A stretch of DNA of 64,000 bases. It comes from a virus. The position numbers and the translations under genes are program-made. Of the stretch, positions 56,473 through 64,000 are shown piece after piece. Each line of letters opens with the position of its first letter. Position 1 is the first letter of the stretch. The notes beneath the pieces are model-generated. The model was not told the DNA's origin. It worked only from the letters and a program-made list of their open reading frames with translations, and did no database searches. The stretch is from positions 4,070-68,069 of the IMG/VR virus record IMGVR_UViG_3300021960_000060; one strand, given 5' to 3'.

Positions 56473-58044
56473 TTAGTTTCCTCCTAATGCTAAGATGAGT
56501 GGCGTTACGTTTGCATACAAACTCTTGGTATATGCATTACCAGAAATATCACCAGTGCTTTGGTTAATAGTAACCCCATCACCAATTCTGAAGTTACCTG
56601 CCTGATCTGTGCTGGTATAAACAACCAGGCCACCACTTCTCATATCTATTTCATTTGCCTGGATAGCAACTCCACCAGTGGAAGGTAGAGCATTTGCGAT
56701 TGTGACACCAGAACCAATGTATTCAAATGAATGTCCTGATGCCAAAATACGACTTTGTTTGAATACTGGTGCTGTAGTTCCAACACCAACTGCATATGGT
56801 AGATTTTCTGTTATTGTAACAGTTGAAATGCCATTTGTAGGAGTTGTTGCACTTTCAATAGAATAATATTTTGCTATGGTTTCAATGGATAGTGACAAAC
56901 CACTACCACCTCCACCACTAGTAGTGATTCCAGGAGTAGAAGTATATCCTCTACCATTTGAAACAATATCGACAGAAGTAACAACACCATCAGTAAGTGT
57001 TGCTACTGCCTGAGCAGCAATACCCCAATCAGTTGATGGATCTGCAATGACTAATGTTGGGGATGAAGTATATCCAGATCCACCATCATTAATCGTTATC
57101 TTATTAACTTCATAGTACAGATTATCAAAGTACATTACCTGACCATTATATGGCCTGTTTGTTCCTACACCTGCGATTGCAAATGAAGAACTATTTGCTG
57201 ATGCTGCTGTGGTAATAACACCAACATATTGCTCAGATCCAACACCTTCAGCAACTAATCCATAGTTACCAAATGATGAGTTTGAGTTAGTTAGATCGCA
57301 TTGACCACCAGATCCACAATAGATTGCAACATCATTACAAATCGTGAATACTGAAACTAACTGAGCATATCCTTCGTTTGTAATTGATACTCCAATGCCA
57401 CCTTGATTGTATTGAGTATAACTATCAACAACCATACTCTTAAGATTTCCTGTTGCATGAGCACCATTGATCCTCATTCCAGTGCTATTTTGAATGAAGT
57501 TGGTGCAGTTCTGAACATATGGTGATTGTGTTATATTTCCTGCACCTGCTGGATTAAATGCTATCATTGCACCAGTATTTGCAGAACCCACAAAAGAAAG
57601 TTCTGTGATGTAGTTTCCATTAGTTACATGGAAAAGATCATCAGCATTTGATGGAGTAACTGATACTTCTCTTAGATTATCTCCAACAATACTAACTTGA
57701 GCAGGTAAAACAATTGGATTGTCTTCTGTATATGTACCTGCGGATATTTTAATTACTGTCCCTGTTGATGCACTAGCAACTGCTGATTTGATTGTTGCCT
57801 TTGCATCACCTAGTTTTTTACCTGTGTTATCATCATTTCCATCTTCTGTCACGTATAGTACATTGGAAACTGTAGATCCAGCACCAAGACTAACAATATC
57901 TGTGGCAATACCTGACCTTTCTCTGCGAGTATAGAGTTCACCATCAGTGGTGTTAAGAGCTAATTCGCCTAAATTAATATTTCCTGTTGTTGGTTTTTTA
58001 CCAGCAACAGCTGAGCGTTTAATCTTAATTATAGGATCAGCCAT
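56473..58044 (-). CDS. Tail fibre/spike protein with a beta-helix (pectin-lyase-like) region
   Basis: IKIKRSAVAG...LGELALNTTDG N-terminus; YVTEDGND...TIKSA...GTYTE...IVGDNLR. Confidence 0.75.
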   Translation of the reverse strand: MADPIIKIKRSAVAGKKPTTGNINLGELALNTTDGELYTRRERSGIATDIVSLGAGSTVSNVLYVTEDGNDDNTGKKLGDAKATIKSAVASASTGTVIKISAGTYTEDNPIVLPAQVSIVGDNLREVSVTPSNADDLFHVTNGNYITELSFVGSANTGAMIAFNPAGAGNITQSPYVQNCTNFIQNSTGMRINGAHATGNLKSMVVDSYTQYNQGGIGVSITNEGYAQLVSVFTICNDVAIYCGSGGQCDLTNSNSSFGNYGLVAEGVGSEQYVGVITTAASANSSSFAIAGVGTNRPYNGQVMYFDNLYYEVNKITINDGGSGYTSSPTLVIADPSTDWGIAAQAVATLTDGVVTSVDIVSNGRGYTSTPGITTSGGGGSGLSLSIETIAKYYSIESATTPTNGISTVTITENLPYAVGVGTTAPVFKQSRILASGHSFEYIGSGVTIANALPSTGGVAIQANEIDMRSGGLVVYTSTDQAGNFRIGDGVTINQSTGDISGNAYTKSLYANVTPLILALGGN

Positions 58045-58110
58045 TCAATCCTCGCATGGGTGGTATGTACCTTAGAATCTAGTATATACTAGATGTGTTA
58101 GTAATATTTA

Positions 58111-58314
58111 TCAGGAAAATTCTTCCTCAGTTTTTGAAGATTTGCGTGTTCCAACTTTTGGCTGTGCCTCAAGTTGTTCAATCTTCTTTGACAAAACTTC
58201 AATCGTTTGTCTATATTTTAATTCTCTTGCCTCTAGAGCAACGTTTTGATTAATTTGATCAAATAGTTTAGTTTGATATACTGAAATCAAATTCTTATAG
58301 TCTTGTTCATCCAT
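58111..58314 (-). CDS. Coiled-coil hypothetical protein
   Basis: 67 aa; late promoter at 58341. Confidence 0.65.
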   Translation of the reverse strand: MDEQDYKNLISVYQTKLFDQINQNVALEARELKYRQTIEVLSKKIEQLEAQPKVGTRKSSKTEEEFS

Positions 58315-58341
58315 AAAAAAAGAGGGAGACTTGCTCCCTCT
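58315..58341 (-). terminator. Rho-independent terminator
   Basis: AGAGGGAG-CAAGT-CTCCCTCT followed by a T-run. Confidence 0.75.
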
Positions 58342-58363
58342 ATTTAGATTATGTTAGTTAAGA

Positions 58364-59842
58364 TCAGAATGTACCGCCATCAATGGTGACATTTGTTATA
58401 ACAATTGATCCACTATCACAACTAATAACTTCAGTTGCACTTCCAAGACATCCATTGACATATAAAGATGCAACTTCTAATGCACCACTAGTGTTGTTTG
58501 TTAAGACACCAGTTGACTCTGAAACATCTGCAGAAACAACAATTCTAGATGTACTATCATCCCAGTAAATTGCTGCTTTCTTAGCAGAACCAGAATAATA
58601 ATTAAACAGAACACCAATATCCTTATCTAAGTCAGATCCAGGAACGGATCCATCAACCATGCCAAGATCAAGGAGTTGGTCTTCAATGGTTGTTGTTGAT
58701 GTATTAACCTGAGTTGTGGATCCATTGACATAAAGGTTTCCACTAACAGTTAAGTTGTTGGAAACAGTAACATCATTAGGAAGTCCATAAGTAATTGATT
58801 GACCAGAAACGGTTACATCAATTTCATTTGCTGTTCCAGCGAAAGTCATTGTCTGTGATGTAGCCACAGAACCACCGCCACCACCAGTACCATTAGTACC
58901 TTCTGCAGTGGTGATTGTTAAGTCAACAGCAGCAATTGCAGTATCAGTATAATCCTTTACAGCAGCTGAGGTTGGTAAAGTTGTATCATTATCATTTGAA
59001 GCAATGCCCTCACCCTCAGTAACGATTGCAGAGGCAGCAAAGTCAGCAACTTCTACATTAGAAAGTGAGTTTCCAGTTCCGTTTGCATCAAATGTCTTAT
59101 TGGTTAAGGTATCAGTTGATGATGCAGTGATGAATGCTGATGTAGTATTGTCATAGTTTGCAAGGTCATTGTCAACTACAAAATCATATTCTGCATTTGC
59201 ATCATCATATGAAACTGTAATCAGTGTTTGTGTGCCAGTTGTAATTGCAGCACCAACAATGTCCTCAATTCTTTCTGCATTAAGTGTTACAGCACCAGAT
59301 GATACAGTAAAATCAGTAGCATCAAATGATGCAACACCTTTGTTGGAATCTGTTGCGTCTTCGGCAGAAATGGTGATTGTATTGTCTGTTACTGCAGTAT
59401 CAATACCTTCACCACCAGAAACAGTTAAAGTATCTGTAAGAAGTGCAACAGTGTCAGTGCCACTGTCACCTGCCATATTCAGGTTTGCAGCAGCATCAAT
59501 GAATGACAGTGTTCCTGAGCCATTCGTTGCAAGAACCTGACCGCTAGAACCATCAGTTCCTGGCATTGTGTAGGTAACAATACCAGCAAGACTATCTGGA
59601 GACTTGATGGTTACATATGACGAACCATTTGAGGTTCCTTCAACTAAATTTACACCACTACCTGTTGAAGTGCTTTCTCTAGTCCAGTAACGATGTGAAC
59701 CGAAGAATTTATTACCTGCAGAGGTACTGTTTAGACCAACATATAGTTCATGTGTGTCTGTAGTAAGGGCGGGTTCACCAGCCTGCAAAGCAGGAAGATT
59801 GCTAAAGGCACCCCTCTTAAACTGAATTACTGGAGAAGCCAT
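58364..59842 (-). CDS. Tail fibre-like structural protein
   Basis: IQFKRG...LQAGEPALTTDT N-terminus, TLTNKT and C-terminal IDGGTF. Confidence 0.8.
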   Translation of the reverse strand: MASPVIQFKRGAFSNLPALQAGEPALTTDTHELYVGLNSTSAGNKFFGSHRYWTRESTSTGSGVNLVEGTSNGSSYVTIKSPDSLAGIVTYTMPGTDGSSGQVLATNGSGTLSFIDAAANLNMAGDSGTDTVALLTDTLTVSGGEGIDTAVTDNTITISAEDATDSNKGVASFDATDFTVSSGAVTLNAERIEDIVGAAITTGTQTLITVSYDDANAEYDFVVDNDLANYDNTTSAFITASSTDTLTNKTFDANGTGNSLSNVEVADFAASAIVTEGEGIASNDNDTTLPTSAAVKDYTDTAIAAVDLTITTAEGTNGTGGGGGSVATSQTMTFAGTANEIDVTVSGQSITYGLPNDVTVSNNLTVSGNLYVNGSTTQVNTSTTTIEDQLLDLGMVDGSVPGSDLDKDIGVLFNYYSGSAKKAAIYWDDSTSRIVVSADVSESTGVLTNNTSGALEVASLYVNGCLGSATEVISCDSGSIVITNVTIDGGTF

Positions 59843-59880
59843 GCTTATCTATAGATTTTTAAGTTATTATTATTTATTAC

Positions 59881-60114
59881 TTAAAAAGTCCCGGCATCTA
59901 AACCAGAGAAACTCACATTGTTAATGTCAATTTCTTCTTCAACAATATCTACAAATTCTTGAGGTATTGATGTTGCCGCGGCACTTACAATTGAGTCTGC
60001 AGTTACGACATCAAATTTACTAGTTGTTGAATTAAACTTAACTACGTTTTTGTTATTTGCACTACTTATATTCTGTAAATCTGTGTCAGATAAATCTCTA
60101 AATCTAGTTGGCAT
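59881..60114 (-). CDS. Small virion-associated protein
   Basis: Ends LDAGTF; similar to the next ORF. Confidence 0.6.
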   Translation of the reverse strand: MPTRFRDLSDTDLQNISSANNKNVVKFNSTTSKFDVVTADSIVSAAATSIPQEFVDIVEEEIDINNVSFSGLDAGTF

Positions 60115-60437
60115 TAGAACGAGCCTCCATCTAGATTATTAATTTGAATCGTACCTAAATCCAATTCTGTTTCTAATTCAGAAATAAAATCATCAGATAA
60201 ATCTCCATCTTCAGATGATGTAGATAGAATTTGATCAGGTGTAATTAAAACAAATTTGTCTGTTGTACTATCATAAGAAACAAGAAGACCATCTTTTGAA
60301 TCATCTAAAGTTCCAAATGCAGTATCTCCCATCTCCTCTATTTGAGAAGGTTGCCTTACAGATCTAACTGGAGGTTTTTCTGGTTGTTTCTTTTGAATTA
60401 CTTTTGAAACAGACTGTATTTTTTTAACTACTGCCAT
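60114..60437 (-). CDS. Small virion-associated protein
   Basis: Ends LDGGSF. Confidence 0.6.
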   Translation of the reverse strand: MAVVKKIQSVSKVIQKKQPEKPPVRSVRQPSQIEEMGDTAFGTLDDSKDGLLVSYDSTTDKFVLITPDQILSTSSEDGDLSDDFISELETELDLGTIQINNLDGGSF

Positions 60438-60442
60438 AGATT

Positions 60443-60778
60443 TTAAGTGGTAATTCCTGCTCTTACGAAGGCCATTCCCTCAACTAATCTTGATTTTGAT
60501 CCAGAACCTGATGTCAAAACAACATCATAATAATATCTTCCTGGATCTAGATCAGTTGTTTGTGTATCTGTCAAAGAAATAGTAACTTCACCAATTGATG
60601 CTGTAATAGAAATTGAGAATGATGTAGAAGCAGAAGCACCTGAGTGCTTCTTTATTTTCGCAGCAGCACTATATCCAGCAAGGTTAGATGTAGATCCATC
60701 AGATTCAGTTGAAACAAATGTCTCAGAAAAATCTGAACCCTGTGGGATTGATATGTTAATGACTGGATTAACTGCCAT
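60443..60778 (-). CDS. Conserved virion adaptor-like protein
   Basis: INISIPQGSDF...LDPGRYYYDVVL...RLVEG. Confidence 0.75.
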   Translation of the reverse strand: MAVNPVINISIPQGSDFSETFVSTESDGSTSNLAGYSAAAKIKKHSGASASTSFSISITASIGEVTISLTDTQTTDLDPGRYYYDVVLTSGSGSKSRLVEGMAFVRAGITT

Positions 60779-60806
60779 GATGTCTTTTTAGTTATTTATC
60801 AACTTA

Positions 60807-63275
60807 TTAGACTCGTTTTAACATTTGTGTTGTGCTGGTGCCCATGGAAAAATCTGTCCATGCGTAATCAGAATCAGCAGCACCCCATTGTGTTCCTGGA
60901 ACTTGAACAGGTGATGAACGATATATTATATCATTTATTCCATTCTCACCATAATCATTTCTTCCCCAATTCCACAGTGTTCCATCAGTCTTCATACATG
61001 CTGCATGATACCAACCATTAGCTTGTGGTTTAGTCCATTGTGTTCCTGGAACTTGAGTTGGAGAGTTGCGGTTTGAACGATCATTTAGTCCTAGTGGTCC
61101 ATTACTATTATACCCCCACGTCCATAATGTTCCATCAGTTTTGGTTACCATCATACCAAAAAGTCCACCAGAAAGTTCATTCCATTGTGTTCCTGGAACT
61201 TGTCTTGGTGATGAATATACTACAGTATTGCCTTGACCTAGGTTTCCTTGAGTATTATATCCCCATGTCCATAATGTTCCATCAGTTTTGAGTGCTAATC
61301 CAGATTCATTAAATTCGGGAATTTTACTCCATTGTGTTCCTGGAATTTGAACTGGTGATGAACGAGGTATGTTATCATTTTGAGCTAATCTACCATCTTG
61401 TGCTTGCCCACCCAACGCCCATAGTGTTCCATCTGTTTTAAGTGCAAAAATTGTGTTAAGTCCACCACCAATAGCATCTTTTGTTTGAGCCCACTGTGTT
61501 CCTGGAATTTGAATTGGTGATGAATGATCTACTCTATCATTTAGACCCAATTGACCATAAAAATTATACCCCCAAACCCACATTGTCCCATCAGTTTTAG
61601 TTCCTGCAGATTGATAATTTGGAGTTCCACAAACAAAAGACCATTGTGTTCCTGGAATTTGAATTGGTGATGAACGATTTACCCTATCATTAAGACCCAA
61701 TTGACCCTGCTCCCCCTGACCCCATGCCCAGAAGGTATTATCTGTTTTTAATGCAAAAACACAATATGATGCACTTACAGAACTCCACTGTGTTCCTGGA
61801 ATTTGAATTGGTGATGAACGACCTACTGTATCATTAATGCCATTTGTACCAGTGGGATTACGACCTAAGGTCCACAGTTCATGACCAACAAGTGCTGGTC
61901 CAGAAGCACCAGCAGTCTCAAAATAATAACTTGAGATACCAACACTATCACTGGTTCCAAACGAATCTTGAATTGCATTTTCAGGGAATATTACATAATA
62001 ACTTGTACCAGCAATACCAAGATCAGTTGCAGGATTAATTGTTAAAGTTGCATTACTGATAGAAACTGTCGTGCCTATTCCAGCAGTGGCAATATCAAAT
62101 CTTTCTGATACATTATCCTGAACAATAATTTGTCCGATCATTGCAGCATGGTTGCCGCATTGATAATAATATGTTCCTGGTGTGACTCCAAATGTATCCC
62201 AGGTTGTGGTTGCTGTTCCCTCTCCTGTTAGTGTACCTTGACTTACACTTGCACCACCATCACTGACTCTGATATACAGTGGGTGAGCACCTGATACTGT
62301 GTTATTGAATACAATTGTATCTCCTACTTTAACAGTAATCGCAGGATCAGTTCCTGATACACTTCCATCACGATCATTACCAGCAACAGTATAGTTTGAA
62401 CTATCTGCTGCAGTAAGTGTTTGATTATATGTTAATTCTGCTGTTTGAATCGTAACAATACCAACGTTTGCTGCAATTGGTTTCTGATATGTTAAAACAA
62501 TATTTGTTGTCGCAGCAATACCTGTTGCACCAATACCGGGACTATAGATTAAAGGTTCTAATAATCCACCAATATTTGTTAATCCTGAACCATCCCCACT
62601 AAATGATACTGCGGTAATAATTCCTGTTGTATTGACACTTCCTTCAGTTCCTATACCAATCGGTGGCAAATTAGTTAAACCAGATCCATCTCCACTTAAT
62701 GATCCTGCAGTAATAATACCGGTAGTAACAATACTGTCAGATGCAATTGTTGATGCTGTTCCTATAGTAACTCTATTAGTAACACCATTTACTACAATAC
62801 TACTAGTTCCAATGGTTGCAATACCACTAATCGTTATATTTCCTGCACTATCCCATACGGGAGCACCTGTAGATAGATTATAATAATTTACAGATCCAGC
62901 ATCAACAGAACTTAGTAATACTTTTCCACCAAATGATAATCCATAAAAAGTCAATCCACCATCTGGAGGTGTTGTAAATGTAATATTGCTTCCAGATACG
63001 GTATAGTCAGTTCCTGCGCTTTGTACAACGCCACCAATACTAATAATGACCTGAGTAGCACTTACTGGAGTAATAGGATAACTTCCAGAAGTTAATGCAA
63101 AGGTTGTATCAGATCCATTAAAAGAACCTTCTATATTATCAAGTTCTTTTATATTCTTTGGATTCTGAGTATTAAAATTAATCCAAACAGTGCCATTCCA
63201 TTGATATACATTACCTGTCGATGCATCAACATGAATTTGGTTTACATTTGGACTTCCAGGGAATGATAGCGCCAT
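60807..63275 (-). CDS. Tail-associated adhesin: Ig-like and cupredoxin-like domains plus an RCC1/BLIP-II beta-propeller
   Basis: Seven KTDGTxWxWG...SSPxQxPGTQW repeats; HPL...YYYQCGNHAAM. Confidence 0.8.
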   Translation of the reverse strand: MALSFPGSPNVNQIHVDASTGNVYQWNGTVWINFNTQNPKNIKELDNIEGSFNGSDTTFALTSGSYPITPVSATQVIISIGGVVQSAGTDYTVSGSNITFTTPPDGGLTFYGLSFGGKVLLSSVDAGSVNYYNLSTGAPVWDSAGNITISGIATIGTSSIVVNGVTNRVTIGTASTIASDSIVTTGIITAGSLSGDGSGLTNLPPIGIGTEGSVNTTGIITAVSFSGDGSGLTNIGGLLEPLIYSPGIGATGIAATTNIVLTYQKPIAANVGIVTIQTAELTYNQTLTAADSSNYTVAGNDRDGSVSGTDPAITVKVGDTIVFNNTVSGAHPLYIRVSDGGASVSQGTLTGEGTATTTWDTFGVTPGTYYYQCGNHAAMIGQIIVQDNVSERFDIATAGIGTTVSISNATLTINPATDLGIAGTSYYVIFPENAIQDSFGTSDSVGISSYYFETAGASGPALVGHELWTLGRNPTGTNGINDTVGRSSPIQIPGTQWSSVSASYCVFALKTDNTFWAWGQGEQGQLGLNDRVNRSSPIQIPGTQWSFVCGTPNYQSAGTKTDGTMWVWGYNFYGQLGLNDRVDHSSPIQIPGTQWAQTKDAIGGGLNTIFALKTDGTLWALGGQAQDGRLAQNDNIPRSSPVQIPGTQWSKIPEFNESGLALKTDGTLWTWGYNTQGNLGQGNTVVYSSPRQVPGTQWNELSGGLFGMMVTKTDGTLWTWGYNSNGPLGLNDRSNRNSPTQVPGTQWTKPQANGWYHAACMKTDGTLWNWGRNDYGENGINDIIYRSSPVQVPGTQWGAADSDYAWTDFSMGTSTTQMLKRV

Positions 63276-63298
63276 TATGCCTACACTTTTTTAGTTAT

Positions 63299-64000
63299 TT
63301 ATGATACCTCTTTTACAAGGGTTAGTCCATCATTTGAAAGATTTCCATGAATCCATTGTGTTCCTGGAAGTTGAACTGGTGATGAGTAATTAGCTACAGT
63401 AGGATCATTTTGACCTAATGACCCGTTACTATTAAGTCCCCATACCCATACTGTATCATCAGTTTTAATTGCCAACGTTGTATATGTAACAGTATCAATA
63501 TAAGACCATGTTCCTGGCATTTGAATTGGTGATGAATAATTTACTACACTATTTTGACCCAATTGCCCGTTATTATTTTGTCCCCACAACCATAGTGATC
63601 CATCAGTTTTAATTGCTCCACTATGATATGATGCACTCATACTTTCCCATTCTGTTCCTGGAACCAACGCTGGTGATGAACGAGATATTGATGGACCATT
63701 TTGAGCATGACTACCACCAAAGTTATATCCCCACATCCATAATGTTCCATCAGTTTTAATTCCTCCAGAAACATAATTAGTGTTGTTAAAGAATGACCAT
63801 GGTCCCGGAATTTGAATTGGTGATGAATAATTTATTCTATTATTTTGACCATGTTCTCCAAATTGACCATAACCCCATACCCACAATGATCCATCAGTTT
63901 TAAACCCATAAGCACCATTTCTAGCTGGTGATTTTTTAACACGTGTCCATTGTGTTCCTGGAAGTTGAGTTGGTGATGAACGAGATATAGCATCATTTAA
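63299..64000 (-). CDS. RCC1/BLIP-II repeat protein (5' part outside the window)
   Basis: Frame is open to the window edge; same KTDG/WG/SSPxQxPG repeats. Confidence 0.85.
   Translation of the reverse strand, partial: LNDAISRSSPTQLPGTQWTRVKKSPARNGAYGFKTDGSLWVWGYGQFGEHGQNNRINYSSPIQIPGPWSFFNNTNYVSGGIKTDGTLWMWGYNFGGSHAQNGPSISRSSPALVPGTEWESMSASYHSGAIKTDGSLWLWGQNNNGQLGQNSVVNYSSPIQMPGTWSYIDTVTYTTLAIKTDDTVWVWGLNSNGSLGQNDPTVANYSSPVQLPGTQWIHGNLSNDGLTLVKEVS

Noticed and set aside
60807-64000. Diversity-generating retroelement acting on the RCC1 adhesins
   Set aside because: No reverse transcriptase and no non-coding template repeat with adenine-only differences were seen; the repeats are in-frame protein repeats.

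Overview
AT-rich fragment of a T4-like cyanomyophage (Kyanoviridae-like), almost all coded on the minus strand. Left (1-29.3 kb): late structural block with gp14 (partial), gp13, a 2487-aa structural protein, gp8, a 4005-aa gp7, gp6 and gp25, preceded by TAAATA late promoters. Middle (29.5-48.3 kb): hypervariable early region of small genes with a repeated 19-bp promoter-like element (8 copies), palindrome-associated sigma70 promoters, two SF2 helicases, a DUF262-like protein, a Mom-like DNA-modification enzyme, petF and a SET-domain protein. Right (48.3-64 kb): carbamoyltransferase, GT9 glycosyltransferase and a Cys-rich protein, then tail-fibre and RCC1-repeat genes. The most unusual signal is a candidate RNA-level regulatory module at 29.7-31.0 kb. 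It has two paralogous unannotated acidic peptides, each behind a covarying H-type pseudoknot. A neighbouring mRNA leader is antisense to that pseudoknot, and an opposite-strand non-coding transcript carries repeats complementary to the peptides' start codons. Other leads: a helicase/degenerate-MTase/Mom cassette, an NblA-like small ORF and several structured non-coding RNAs. All assignments come from motif recognition by eye; no searches were run.
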